Of a stretch of DNA of 64,000 nucleotides, positions 38,149 to 48,611 are shown piece after piece. This stretch comes from a virus. Made by a program: the position numbers and the translations under genes. The stretch's first letter is position 1. Every line of letters starts with the position of its first letter. The DNA lies in IMG/VR virus record IMGVR_UViG_3300007775_000001, positions 1-64,000 of that record; one strand, 5' to 3'. Below the pieces are notes generated by a model. The model worked only from the letters and a program-made list of their open reading frames with translations, ran no database searches and was not told the DNA's origin.

Positions 38149-38750
38149 TGTACATCGCGGTTTGTGGTGCTCCAGGGACATGCAAGAGCAAGGTGCGTGA
38201 ATTCCTTGGAACCAAGGGAATTGATGACCTGACTATGGCTGTTCAGAATCCGACTCTCGATCAGTGCATATCGATCACTCTGGATGCCTTCATCGCTCAG
38301 ACATCAGCCGAAGACAGGTTGGATCAAGGGGATTGTGATGTCGTGCTTTCGAGCACGGTATGGGAGACCTACGAGGTGTATGTCAACCTCGCTGTCCAGA
38401 AGGGTTTTCTGTCTGCTCGTGATGTCCTGGCACTTCAGCGGATGTACGACAGGTACTTCAGGACGGGGTTGCGTTCTCCTGATTTCGCAATCTGTTTACG
38501 GTCGGATTACTTCACGTCGGCTCATCATATGGGTATGTATGGGGGTCTGATTCCGCATCATGAATGGGACGAGATTCGGGATCGGTACGATGCCTTCTTT
38601 GATAGGATTGGTGTGACCAAGCTGGTATTTGATATTGGCCCCGACATCGCACCGATTCTTGAAGAGATTGATATTCTCGTTCAGTCCACGAGACTTCAGC
38701 TTCGGCAAGAGACAAATACAATCTGGGGAGATAGGACATTCATCCTATGA
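38148..38750 (+). CDS. Divergent deoxynucleoside/nucleotide kinase-like protein
   Basis: N-terminal IAVCGAPGTCKS P-loop variant; PDFAICLR. Confidence 0.5.
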   Translation: MYIAVCGAPGTCKSKVREFLGTKGIDDLTMAVQNPTLDQCISITLDAFIAQTSAEDRLDQGDCDVVLSSTVWETYEVYVNLAVQKGFLSARDVLALQRMYDRYFRTGLRSPDFAICLRSDYFTSAHHMGMYGGLIPHHEWDEIRDRYDAFFDRIGVTKLVFDIGPDIAPILEEIDILVQSTRLQLRQETNTIWGDRTFIL

Positions 38751-39026
38751 GCGATCATCCTGGCTTCAGTTGGAACAGTAGGGGTATCGAGGTTGGACGC
38801 AAGCTTCCGCAAGGTGGAGTTCAGAGAGTCCGTGCGACTCCGAAAGAGATAGTCCAGCAACCATCTGGCTATGAGCTTGAGAGCGTTGTCTACGCTCTGT
38901 GTCTGTGCGTGGGGGAAATGATCGACATGCACGAGGCTCAGGCACAGGTTCTCCAGAACATGCAGTCCATACGCCAGATTGGGGGCAAGGAGCCCATCGA
39001 AAAGCCTTCAGAGGAGGAAGGATAGC

Positions 39027-42000
39027 ATGTTTGTGCATCTGCACAACCATACCGAATTCAGCATTGCAGACGGCTTGTTCGCCCCGAAAAAATGGGTCGA
39101 AGCTATTGCAGATGCCGGGTTCAAGGGACATGCTCTGACAGACCACGGGAACGTGGGTGGTCATCTTCCGTTCTACAAGGCCATGAAGGACAAGAAACTC
39201 ACGCCGCTCCTTGGGTGTGAGTTTTATTTTGTGGATGACCCGTTAGAGAAGATCGTCGAGAACAGGCGGTCGAGTCATCTGATCCTTTTGGCGCAGAACT
39301 ACGATGGATACCGAAATCTGCTGAAGCTGCAAGCCTTGTCTTACGAGGAGGGATTTTATTTTCGGCCACGAATCGGGCTCAAGTGGTTGAAGGAATACCA
39401 CGAGGGATTGGTTTGCTTGACGGCATGCCTGGGTGGTGTGCTAAGCACCGAAGTCTGGCGCGAATTTGCTGCGAATGACGCGGGGACGATGTACAAGGGT
39501 CTTGAAGATCGCTTCAGGCTCTTGTACTCCATTTTCAGTGACGATCTGTACGTTGAGTTTCAGGGACATGAACTTGACGAGCAGGTTCGGATTCAAACAG
39601 AGTTCTACAATCGGTTGCGCAACCTGCCTGGGTTCCAGCACGTCATTACAAACGACTGTCACTACATCCTGCCTGAGCATGCACCAATTCAGACCATGCT
39701 CAAGGACTCTGCTTACAAGAAGCAGAACACCGAAGCTGGTCAGAGCTATACGACTACCGATAGTCTATGGCTGAAGCCGCCGCTGGAAGTTCTGAAATCG
39801 TTCCTCAGAAAGCATACCTACATGCCGAAGGAATTTGTTCTTGATGGTATGCGACGTACAGAAGAGGTGTTCGACAAGTGCTCGAAATTGGAATTGCCTT
39901 CTGGACAGCGATATCTTCCACGATACAGGACAGAGATCGATTCGAAGGAGCACTTCAAGGCTCTCACCGTTGGTCGGTTGCGAGAGTTCTTGAAGTCGGA
40001 CTTGCTCAGGGCTCCCCGACAAGACTACATTGACCGGTTCGCCAAGGAGTACAAGACGATCAGCAAGTACGATCTGGAAGATTACTTCCTGATCGTATGG
40101 GATATCGTCAGATTCGCTCAGGAACGCGGAATCTACACGGGTTTGGGCCGGGGGAGTGCAGCGGGTAGCCTGATCAGTTATCTCCTTGGGATCGTGCGTA
40201 TAGACCCACTAGAGCATGGTCTTTTCTTCGAGCGGTTCCTGAACGAGAATCGTTGTGAGAATGGGGAGCTTCCAGACATCGATCTGGATTTCGAATCGAG
40301 TCGTCGCGAGGAAGTGAAGGAGTATATCTACCAGACCTACGGTCATGACAAGGTCTGTGAGATCGGAACCTACGGTCGGATGAAGCTGAAGACCGGGATC
40401 ATCGATTTTGGGACGATGCTTGGTGTGAGCGACCGGTCAAGTTTGCTCAAGATTACTACTGCCCTGGAGCTTGATCGGGCACACGCTGACAATCTTGATG
40501 AGGCTATGGCGGTTGATCCGGCTCTTCAGAATCTCGTGGAAAAGAATCCTCAGTTTGGATTTTCGATTCGGGAGTTGTTGGGGCAGATCAAAAGCCAAGG
40601 CGTTCACCCAGCCGGGGTGCTCATCGCCAATCAACCCATTGATGAAATTGCGGCTGTCAAGACACAGCGCGCCAAAGATAGTGGCGAGAAGGAGCGGATT
40701 AGGGTCACTCAGTCGGAAGACAAGTACCTCATCGCTCAGGGTCTTGTGAAGATGGATGTACTTGGGATCAAGGAGTACGATCAGCTTCGCTACGTGGTTG
40801 AGAACGCTCCAGACAAGCCGTTCACAATGGAGAACTATGTTGAACGGATCATGGATGACGAGCGCGACTACCAAGCTGCCAAAGCTCGTGGCGTGGATGT
40901 GGAGCGCAAGTATCCCATCCAGACAAAGGTCTGGGAGATGTTCTCCTCCGGTCAGACGGACGGTGTGTTTCAGTTTGCATCCGACGGAATGCGAGAGCTA
41001 CTGAGATTGATGGAAGCCAATACACTGAACGATCTGATTGCCGCGAATGCTCTGTATCGACCTGGATGCCTTGAGAACGGATGGCATACCCTGTACTGCA
41101 AGCGCAAAAGCGGTGAAGAAGCAGTGGCATACGTGCATCCAGACTTGAAGCAAGCCTTGGGGTCTACCTATGGTGTGATCGTGTTCCAAGAGCAGTTCAT
41201 GGAAGCGATTCACAAGCTTGGTAGCATCCCTTTGGTTGATGCCGACACAATCCGGAGTGCGTTGGGCAAGAAGGATAAAGACAAGCTCGCAAAATTCAAA
41301 GGTCAGTTTGTGAGTGGCGCGGAGTCCAAGATTGGGAAGAGTGAGGCGGAAGAGGTGTGGGATCAGATCGAGAAGGCGTCTGGGTATACCTTCAACCGGT
41401 CTCACTCCGCCGCCTATTCAACGCTGGCGTACCTGTCACAATATATGAAGGTGAGGTATCCAGGACTGTACTGGGCGGCTCAGCTTCATTGGGATACGGC
41501 CAAGAACAAGCATGACGAGGTACTTCTTGATAGGCGTGCTGCACAGGACATGGGGATCGAGTTCAAGCTTCCGTCCATCAACACATCGAAGTCCAGTTTC
41601 TACGTAGAAACTGCGAGCGGTAAGATCGTCTGGTCGCTGATTGGTGTGAAGGGGGTGGCGGAAAATACCGCCAAGGAGATTGAGGCCCATCAACCGTTCT
41701 CGTCATTTGAAGACTTTCAGAAACGAGTCAACAAGTCCAAGGTACGCTGGAATCACATGGTTTCGCTGGCGTACGCGGGACTCTTTGATGAGTTCGGTGA
41801 CCGGCGAGAGATCGTCAAGCTTATTCATGAGCAGAAGAAGAAGCCCGTCCCTAGCTTGTCTGAACAGGACATGATCTTTGCGTACTATGAGCAGATGGGT
41901 TTCTTCGAACGCAAGCTGAAGAGGGTGTTCAGCGGGTTTGATTCGGAGACGGTAACAGAACGTGATCTGGTGTCTCATCTGAATGGCGCGGATATGTCTG

Positions 42001-42242
42001 TTGGAGGGATGATCACAGCCGTCAAACGCATCACGACAAAGAATGGTGATCGGATGGGATTTTTGACCCTGTCCGATCTGGACGAGAGTATTGATGTTAC
42101 GGTGTTTCCTGATCAATGGTCGAAGCATGTGACTGATCTGAAGGTCGGGAACATCGTTGAAATCTGGGGACAGAAGAACAATTACCGTGGCTCTGAACGC
42201 ACATTGGAGCTTAGAGACCTCAAGGTGATCAACACGAGATAG
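39027..42242 (+). CDS. dnaE: DNA polymerase III alpha subunit (family C)
   Basis: PHP HLHNHTEFS..DG, LTDHG, GRGSAAGSL, PDIDLDF, HPAGV, FNRSHS, C-terminal OB fold. Confidence 0.96.
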   Translation: MFVHLHNHTEFSIADGLFAPKKWVEAIADAGFKGHALTDHGNVGGHLPFYKAMKDKKLTPLLGCEFYFVDDPLEKIVENRRSSHLILLAQNYDGYRNLLKLQALSYEEGFYFRPRIGLKWLKEYHEGLVCLTACLGGVLSTEVWREFAANDAGTMYKGLEDRFRLLYSIFSDDLYVEFQGHELDEQVRIQTEFYNRLRNLPGFQHVITNDCHYILPEHAPIQTMLKDSAYKKQNTEAGQSYTTTDSLWLKPPLEVLKSFLRKHTYMPKEFVLDGMRRTEEVFDKCSKLELPSGQRYLPRYRTEIDSKEHFKALTVGRLREFLKSDLLRAPRQDYIDRFAKEYKTISKYDLEDYFLIVWDIVRFAQERGIYTGLGRGSAAGSLISYLLGIVRIDPLEHGLFFERFLNENRCENGELPDIDLDFESSRREEVKEYIYQTYGHDKVCEIGTYGRMKLKTGIIDFGTMLGVSDRSSLLKITTALELDRAHADNLDEAMAVDPALQNLVEKNPQFGFSIRELLGQIKSQGVHPAGVLIANQPIDEIAAVKTQRAKDSGEKERIRVTQSEDKYLIAQGLVKMDVLGIKEYDQLRYVVENAPDKPFTMENYVERIMDDERDYQAAKARGVDVERKYPIQTKVWEMFSSGQTDGVFQFASDGMRELLRLMEANTLNDLIAANALYRPGCLENGWHTLYCKRKSGEEAVAYVHPDLKQALGSTYGVIVFQEQFMEAIHKLGSIPLVDADTIRSALGKKDKDKLAKFKGQFVSGAESKIGKSEAEEVWDQIEKASGYTFNRSHSAAYSTLAYLSQYMKVRYPGLYWAAQLHWDTAKNKHDEVLLDRRAAQDMGIEFKLPSINTSKSSFYVETASGKIVWSLIGVKGVAENTAKEIEAHQPFSSFEDFQKRVNKSKVRWNHMVSLAYAGLFDEFGDRREIVKLIHEQKKKPVPSLSEQDMIFAYYEQMGFFERKLKRVFSGFDSETVTERDLVSHLNGADMSVGGMITAVKRITTKNGDRMGFLTLSDLDESIDVTVFPDQWSKHVTDLKVGNIVEIWGQKNNYRGSERTLELRDLKVINTR
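41594..41613. repeat. Dispersed palindrome copy 5 (20 bp, inside dnaE)
   Basis: CAGTTTCTACGTAGAAACTG encoding SFYVET. Confidence 0.95.
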
Positions 42243-42255
42243 GTTGACAAAGCAA

Positions 42256-42720
42256 ATGGCCGAGAGTACAACTGATGTCAGCATCGAGATCGATGAGTTG
42301 GTTTCTGACCCCATCAAACTGAAAGTCAGAGAAGCTCTTCACATTTCTGAAGACATCGATCACGAGATAGACAAAGCAGCCGGTGATTACGGCTACTATG
42401 CCGTGCTTGCGGAGAAAGCAAACTCGAAGCTTCAGCGAATTGAGTATGGCTATATCCAGTGGCGCGGTACTGCTGAACACAGCAAGCAAAGAGAGAGGGA
42501 AGCACAACGATTGAAGCCTTTGACCAAAGAGCAGATGGTTTCCTACATCCACTCTCTCCCACGATATGCAGCGTTTAGGTTGACACTCGTGAAGCTCACT
42601 GAGCAAGCAGGCTCTCTGAGAGCGATTGCAAAAGCCTTCGAGGTGAAGGCTGGATTGGTGCAAACCAAGGCTAGCAATCGCAGGAAGGAGATGGGAATAT
42701 CTAAGCGTCCAGGTGCTTAG
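42256..42720 (+). CDS. UvsY-like helical recombination mediator candidate
   Basis: All-helical, about 150 aa, in the recombination block. Confidence 0.45.
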   Translation: MAESTTDVSIEIDELVSDPIKLKVREALHISEDIDHEIDKAAGDYGYYAVLAEKANSKLQRIEYGYIQWRGTAEHSKQREREAQRLKPLTKEQMVSYIHSLPRYAAFRLTLVKLTEQAGSLRAIAKAFEVKAGLVQTKASNRRKEMGISKRPGA

Positions 42721-42765
42721 ATTGTCAGCGCACTCGTGCGCTCAACTCTAGTTTGTGAGGTCGTG

Positions 42766-43806
42766 ATGGAAGGTCAAGCAAAGCCGGTGGCCGTCAGTGA
42801 AGAACAATTCGCTGAAGACCCTCGTGGTGATGGAGTTGTCGATGAATCCGAAGCTGTGTTCCAGGCTTCGGAAGAAGCGGAAGCTCAGCCAGAAGATCAG
42901 AGCGGTGATGAGGAAGCCGCTGCTTCTGGTGAGGCGGCTCCTTCGGAAGATGCTGCTGTACCGGCAGTGGTGGAACATGCTGTTCCTCCTCAACAGGCTG
43001 AGGCGATGCGTGACCAAGCGCGCAATAGCTATCGGTCTCTTCAGCGTGGCTGGTTCGAGTTCGCCAAATCGATCGCTCAGATCGTGGACACATCGGCGTA
43101 CACAAGCCTGGGCCACGAGTCCTTCAAATCTTTCTGCGAAGCAGAGTACCCGGACATTGCATACTCGACGTTGACCAAGTACGTCGCGGTGGTGCATCAG
43201 TACGGGGAGGAGATCGAAACTCGTCTGTCTGCGAATCCGGAGACGGTCGTTCCCGCTCTGGAGTCCCTGTACCAACTCGCGTCGGCACAGGGCCGGGTGG
43301 AAGAGGGCGACCGCTCCACGGCTCGCAAGCTGAGCAACCTGATCAAGAAGGTGTTCGAGGGCAATCTGTCCTATCACAGCTTGCGTGACAAGCTGGCAGA
43401 ACTTCGCGAAGCCTCGACGGGAACCGATCAAGCTTCTTCGACCGAAGCGGAAGTACACGGGATCGAAGAACAGCTTGCAGGTGAGGTTGTCGATGAAGTG
43501 ATGGCCGAAGGTGAAGAGGTCTCTGCTGTCGAGGAGGGTGCCGTCCCGAATGCGGAGCGGATCGTGAGCATCATCATGTCACAGATCGTGCCGCTGAAGG
43601 ACAACATCGCCATGCTGGAAAATGTCCTGACCACTGACCAGAGTCAGGTCACTGATGAGGTGGTGAGCGGCATTACGGAGATCGAGAATTTCCACAATCG
43701 GGTGAACGACTTCCTCAACGCCATGGAGAGATTGTCCAATGGTGGAGAAGAGCCGTCCGTCGATGCTCCCGTGGAAGTATCTCAGGGTGAAGAGGCAGGC
43801 GAATAG
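42766..43806 (+). CDS. Acidic protein with central putative HTH (DUF3102/partition-protein-like)
   Basis: WFEFAKSIAQI...AYTSLGHESFKSFCEAE...YSTLTKYV. Confidence 0.45.
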   Translation: MEGQAKPVAVSEEQFAEDPRGDGVVDESEAVFQASEEAEAQPEDQSGDEEAAASGEAAPSEDAAVPAVVEHAVPPQQAEAMRDQARNSYRSLQRGWFEFAKSIAQIVDTSAYTSLGHESFKSFCEAEYPDIAYSTLTKYVAVVHQYGEEIETRLSANPETVVPALESLYQLASAQGRVEEGDRSTARKLSNLIKKVFEGNLSYHSLRDKLAELREASTGTDQASSTEAEVHGIEEQLAGEVVDEVMAEGEEVSAVEEGAVPNAERIVSIIMSQIVPLKDNIAMLENVLTTDQSQVTDEVVSGITEIENFHNRVNDFLNAMERLSNGGEEPSVDAPVEVSQGEEAGE

Positions 43807-43852
43807 CCTGCCTCCGTGTCGGTAAGCAGTTCTCACCGAAGAGAGATTGGAC

Positions 43853-44788
43853 ATGAGTCTGACTGACAAGCTTCAAGAAGAAGCGAAACGACAGAAGGAA
43901 CGCAAGGCTGAACAAGGCGACTTCGAGAAGGTTGACTGGTTCAAGCCCAAGGATGGTGACAACATCATCCGGATCATGCCTCACTGGAGGATTCCCGAAG
44001 AGCTTTTCTTTGTGTCGGTGATCCTGCACTTCAGTATCGAGGTGCCCAAACAGGACGGATCGGGAACCATCCCCATTCCGGTACGGTGTCCGGCCAATGA
44101 GACACCGGCTCGCAAGTGTCCTATCTGTGAACTGATCGACAAGGCCAACAAGGAGCAGAAGGCGTTCTTCAAGGACGTGCGTCCTGTGGAACGCTACCTG
44201 TACAACGTCTTTGTGGCCGCCGAAGAGAAGATCAAGCCGTATCCGGCTCCTCTCACGGTGCACCAAGGAATCTTCGAATGGATTGAGGAGATTCCGAATC
44301 CGGTCGATCTGGACACGGGACGGGCATGGAAGTTGGTCAAGGAGGTGGACAAGACCAAGAGTGCTGCGTTCGGCACCAAGTACAAGGTGCGGCCAAGCAT
44401 GAATCCGTCTCCATTCCCAAGCAAGTTCCGCGAGCTTGTGCGGGATATGACCGACCTTTCCAAGCTGTATGGTGAAAAGCACGACGACGCTCTTAAGCGT
44501 GTCGCTGTGTCTCTTGCCAAGAAGGCTGGGATGATTGCGGTGAAAGATGATATCCCGTACGAGACAGGCCCGAAGTCAGATGAATTTGCTGAGGCACCCA
44601 AGCAGGCCGCGAGTGCTCCAGCGAAAGATGAGTTCGGTGATGCCGCTCCTGCAAAGGACTCGAAGCCTGAGTTTGCGGATGATTCTCCTTCCGAAGAAAG
44701 TTCTGAAGAACTCTCTCCAGAAGACATGGGTATCCAAAGCAGTGATGCTGAACTGAACGCTGAACTGAAGGCTCTGGGTATCGAGTAG
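43853..44788 (+). CDS. Single-stranded DNA-binding protein (gp32-like)
   Basis: WFKPKDGDNIIRIMP, H..C..CPIC zinc site, long acidic tail. Confidence 0.75.
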   Translation: MSLTDKLQEEAKRQKERKAEQGDFEKVDWFKPKDGDNIIRIMPHWRIPEELFFVSVILHFSIEVPKQDGSGTIPIPVRCPANETPARKCPICELIDKANKEQKAFFKDVRPVERYLYNVFVAAEEKIKPYPAPLTVHQGIFEWIEEIPNPVDLDTGRAWKLVKEVDKTKSAAFGTKYKVRPSMNPSPFPSKFRELVRDMTDLSKLYGEKHDDALKRVAVSLAKKAGMIAVKDDIPYETGPKSDEFAEAPKQAASAPAKDEFGDAAPAKDSKPEFADDSPSEESSEELSPEDMGIQSSDAELNAELKALGIE

Positions 44789-44806
44789 CAACCAAGGAGG
44801 GTTGAC

Positions 44807-45778
44807 ATGGCTGCTGGATTCAAAAGGGGTGGTGCGCAATCTGCCGCTGCCCCTCCCTCTACGGTTGTCAAGCCAGAGGGCTCCCCTGTTTCGAAGTTGG
44901 TCAATTCTGTTGGTCAAGAAGACAAGTTGCTGTCGCTGTTGAAGGAAGACAAGATCGATGATGTGATCTTGCCGGACAGTGACAGCATGAGTCTTCTGGA
45001 GGTCGCGGGATGGGTTCCGATGCCTGAGCCTATCTCGAAGGTGATGGCATGCCCTGGAATCCCTATCGGGCTTGTTACGATGGTGCAAGGCAAGAAGGAT
45101 TCTGGCAAGACCACGTATGCTACAGAGGCTCTTCGCTCTGTTCAAGAGGAGGGCGGCATTGCTGTTCTTCTGGACACAGAGAACAAGTTCAATCTGAAGC
45201 GTGCGGCAATGATGGGGGTGGATGTCAAGCGTCTGCTGATCATCAAGGGTGAGACCATCGAGGACATCTTCGAGAAATTCATCGGATTCCTCAAGCGTCT
45301 CGAATCTGATGACCGCTACAAGCTGTTCCGTTCCAAGAAGATTCTGTTTGTGTGGGACTCTCTTGGAGCGACACCGTCCAAAGCGGAGATGGATGATAAG
45401 ACAACTGACTTTTCGATGACCGCTGCCAAGGTGATCAAGGGATACATGCGCAAGCTGATCACACGGCTTCGCAAGGCCAACGCTGCTTTCTTGATCATCA
45501 ATCAGGTGTATGCGAACATGAACACCTTCGGGAAGAAAACAACTGCGTACGGTGGGTCTGGCCCGGAGTATCACAGTGCTGTCATCCTGGAATGTACCAA
45601 GAAGAGTCGCATTCGACCGAAAGGTGCTAAGAAGGATGCAGAGTTCGCTGGCACTGAAGTCGAGATCGAATGCACCAAGAATCACATCGGTCAACCGTTT
45701 AGGAAGGTCGATGTGCAGATCGATCACAAAGGTTTTGTGATTGGTCGTGAGGTGGAGTACGCTCCAGAACCTGTTTGA
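44807..45778 (+). CDS. recA: RecA/UvsX recombinase
   Basis: GKKDSGKTT, LDTE, VWDSLGA, IINQ, YGGSG. Confidence 0.88.
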   Translation: MAAGFKRGGAQSAAAPPSTVVKPEGSPVSKLVNSVGQEDKLLSLLKEDKIDDVILPDSDSMSLLEVAGWVPMPEPISKVMACPGIPIGLVTMVQGKKDSGKTTYATEALRSVQEEGGIAVLLDTENKFNLKRAAMMGVDVKRLLIIKGETIEDIFEKFIGFLKRLESDDRYKLFRSKKILFVWDSLGATPSKAEMDDKTTDFSMTAAKVIKGYMRKLITRLRKANAAFLIINQVYANMNTFGKKTTAYGGSGPEYHSAVILECTKKSRIRPKGAKKDAEFAGTEVEIECTKNHIGQPFRKVDVQIDHKGFVIGREVEYAPEPV

Positions 45779-45790
45779 TCGGGGTCTCTC

Positions 45791-46846
45791 ATGCCAAAAG
45801 CATTGCTGTACTCTGATCTGCACATCAGGCCAGAGCGTCTAGCTGACTGTGATCATGCCCTGACTGTTATCGGACAGGCCGCCAAGGAACATGGTGTCGA
45901 GTACATCATCAACCTGGGTGACACGTTCGATGTTCGGGGCATTGTTCACACGGGCTGTCTGGAGACGTTGCGTAATCACTATCTTCAGTGGGCCAAGGAT
46001 GGTCTGAAGCAGATCATTCTTGTGGGTAACCACGATCAGGAAGACCGCGAAGGTGTGGTTCATCCCATGAGGGTGTTTGCGTCATATCCGGGTTGGGTGG
46101 TTGTTGATCGTCCGATGGTGATCAGACGAGCATCGAATTGGGCGTTCTTCCCCTACATGCACAAAATCACTGAGGCGGATATCGATGCGGTTGTGAGGGC
46201 ACGTAACATCGACTATGCCTTTGTCCATTGGGGAATCAAGGGTGCGAAGCGCAATGACAAGAACGTGGACACGGATGGGGTTCCTCCTGAATGGATTGCC
46301 AAGAAGGTAGGCACGGTATTCAGTGGTCACTACCACTATCGTTCTACATTTGGGATGCATGGGATTCAGTATGTAGGGAGCCCGATCCAACAGGACTTCG
46401 GTGAACGGGATCAAGAGAAGGGGTACATGATCTTCGATGAGGTTGAACGTTCTTCGAGGTTCTATCCCATCATGGGGACACGGAAGCATCATCAGATCGA
46501 GGTGCTGTTTGATCCTGACGGAAATCCAGCCGTCAGTGGCGACATGAGCGACATTCAGAAGGGTGATTTCCTCAAGGCTACTATCAAGGGTGAAGAAGCG
46601 ATTGTGTCTGGGTTTTCAGATGCCGATCTTCGAAAGCTCATTCCCAAAGAGGCGAATCCTGGCAGGCTTCTGATCGAGCGCGACATTAACGATGGATCAT
46701 CTTCCCGGATTGAGTTGACAGGGACAGAGATTCATTCCACACGCACGGTTATGCAGAAGTATGTAGATCACGTTGACACCGATCTTGACAAGGAACGGTT
46801 GTTGAATATGGGATTCGAAATGTTGGAGGGCCTATCTCATGAGTGA
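45791..46846 (+). CDS. Mre11/SbcD-like nuclease
   Basis: SDLH, LGDTFD, GNHD, SGHYH, YVGSPIQQDFGE. Confidence 0.9.
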   Translation: MPKALLYSDLHIRPERLADCDHALTVIGQAAKEHGVEYIINLGDTFDVRGIVHTGCLETLRNHYLQWAKDGLKQIILVGNHDQEDREGVVHPMRVFASYPGWVVVDRPMVIRRASNWAFFPYMHKITEADIDAVVRARNIDYAFVHWGIKGAKRNDKNVDTDGVPPEWIAKKVGTVFSGHYHYRSTFGMHGIQYVGSPIQQDFGERDQEKGYMIFDEVERSSRFYPIMGTRKHHQIEVLFDPDGNPAVSGDMSDIQKGDFLKATIKGEEAIVSGFSDADLRKLIPKEANPGRLLIERDINDGSSSRIELTGTEIHSTRTVMQKYVDHVDTDLDKERLLNMGFEMLEGLSHE

Positions 46847-47090
46847 ACAATTGAAGGCTCCCTGGACTCCAGACGATGTTAGGGCTCTTTTCGATTCTCA
46901 GACGGAAGGAGTATTCCATCCCTACACTTGTCCCAATCGTGGAGATGGAAATCATCGTCATGTTGGGAGAGACCTTGGGATGCTGATTCCGACCATCAAG
47001 GGATGGGTGTGTCTGTTCTGTGATTATACTCAGGATTGGGCTCACACATTCAGCACAGAGGGTCATAGGAAAAATGCCGGTTCTGCGTGA
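46839..47090 (+). CDS. Small Zn-binding hypothetical protein
   Basis: HPYTC...WVCLFCDYTQDWAH. Confidence 0.6.
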   Translation: MSEQLKAPWTPDDVRALFDSQTEGVFHPYTCPNRGDGNHRHVGRDLGMLIPTIKGWVCLFCDYTQDWAHTFSTEGHRKNAGSA

Positions 47091-47385
47091 TTTTGTCTGC
47101 GGGTCATGCGATTACACCAAAGATGACTTCGCTGAGATTGATGATGTACTCGCTTGTCCCAGATGTGGCAAGGAGATGCGTCATGCTTGGTTGTCTGCCC
47201 CCAATTCGAATCAGTTGGGTGCAGAAGGTTCTTCTAGTTCAATCGCTGCCATGCAACAGTCGTTCCGTGAGAGGTTTGTCAAGAAGGAAATGGACGATGT
47301 TCGAAATAAGCATGGGAGCAATTTTGATGAGTCGCTAGTCAGTGCAGAAGCGGCGCGGATCAGAAAGGACAAAGGGCTGTCATGA
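47074..47385 (+). CDS. FmdB-like zinc-ribbon protein
   Basis: MPVLRDFVCGSC...CPRCG. Confidence 0.65.
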   Translation: MPVLRDFVCGSCDYTKDDFAEIDDVLACPRCGKEMRHAWLSAPNSNQLGAEGSSSSIAAMQQSFRERFVKKEMDDVRNKHGSNFDESLVSAEAARIRKDKGLS

Positions 47386-48182
47386 AACCAAGTCTTCGGA
47401 AGCAGTACGTTGGGAAGGAGTTTTCAGTTCTCGACCATGGTTTTGTGCAACTGGTCGATGTGATGGGGGATGATGGTGCTATCGTTTCTGCTGCTCGTAC
47501 TTCAGTCCACAATGTCAAGACGAGTCGTGATACGCGGGGTTTGATCAACTATCTCATGCGGAACATGCATACGTCTCCGTTCGAGATGGTTGAGTTCAAG
47601 TTTCTCTGCAAGATGCCAATCTTTGTGGCCCGTCAGTGGGTGCGTCATCGGACAGCTTCGATTAATGAGCAGTCTGCTCGCTACGGTGTGATGGACGATG
47701 AGTTCTACATGCCTGAACAGTGGCGTGTGCAATCCAAGAACAACAAGCAGGGATCATCTGAAGAGGTTGTGGATCAGTTCTACACGGGTCGCATCCAGAC
47801 CAGGGCTCAGGAGATCAGGAAGGAAGCGTACGATCACTATCAGAATCAATTGAACATTGGTGTTGCTCGCGAAGAGGCGCGGATCGATCTACCCCTTTCT
47901 CTCTACACCAAGTGGGTGTGGAAGATTGATCTACTGAATCTGTTCCGGTTCTTGAAGCTTCGGATGGACTCACACGCTCAGTACGAGATCAGGGTCTATG
48001 CGAACGCCATGGCAGAGATCGTGCGTGCTTTTGTTCCGATAGCTTGGGATGCGTTTGAGGAGCACTGGCTATACGCCAAGACGCTTTCTCGCAGTGATTA
48101 CGATGCGTTGAAGAAATTCGCTGTGACAGGAAGCCTTCCAGCCGAAGCAATGCGAATCCTTGGGATGCCACTCGCGACATGA
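47382..48182 (+). CDS. thyX: FAD-dependent thymidylate synthase
   Basis: HTSPFE, RQWVRHRTASINEQSARY, LRMDSHAQYEIR. Confidence 0.96.
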   Translation: MKPSLRKQYVGKEFSVLDHGFVQLVDVMGDDGAIVSAARTSVHNVKTSRDTRGLINYLMRNMHTSPFEMVEFKFLCKMPIFVARQWVRHRTASINEQSARYGVMDDEFYMPEQWRVQSKNNKQGSSEEVVDQFYTGRIQTRAQEIRKEAYDHYQNQLNIGVAREEARIDLPLSLYTKWVWKIDLLNLFRFLKLRMDSHAQYEIRVYANAMAEIVRAFVPIAWDAFEEHWLYAKTLSRSDYDALKKFAVTGSLPAEAMRILGMPLAT

Positions 48183-48610
48183 GCAAGCTGCTTCGATTCA
48201 TTGGTGCATTCATCAGAATGTGGTGGGTGTACCAATGGGTCAACATGGATTCGGTGGTTCCGCGTCACGATTTCGATCCACGGCGCACGCGGATTTATAT
48301 GCTCAGCGTTGCTGGTCAGATCGTTCTTAAGCCTCGTTCTCAGGTTCATCTATCGAAGATGCGTGATCGCTGGGTGAACGAGATGCAGCGGGTGATGGAT
48401 TCGACGGGGTTTCTGATCAGGCGACGGGTATTTTGGGGAAGCAAGTTCGTCTCTCAAAAGCGAGCCTTCTTCATCTTGTTCAGGCGCATCAAGAAGAAGG
48501 AGAAGTGGAGACTGCGGTCGTACCGTGCTACCATGAGAACACGGCTGCGTTCATTCGGATATTGGTTGCTGGACGGGACACCAGAAACGGTTCTTACCTT
48601 CAGAGATTGA
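48179..48610 (+). CDS. Basic hypothetical protein
   Basis: 143 aa coupled to thyX. Confidence 0.5.
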   Translation: MSKLLRFIGAFIRMWWVYQWVNMDSVVPRHDFDPRRTRIYMLSVAGQIVLKPRSQVHLSKMRDRWVNEMQRVMDSTGFLIRRRVFWGSKFVSQKRAFFILFRRIKKKEKWRLRSYRATMRTRLRSFGYWLLDGTPETVLTFRD

Positions 48611-48611
48611 C

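Noticed and set aside
39027-42242. Inteins or introns in DnaE, DnaB or RecA
   Set aside because: Lengths are ordinary and no splicing or homing-endonuclease motifs were seen
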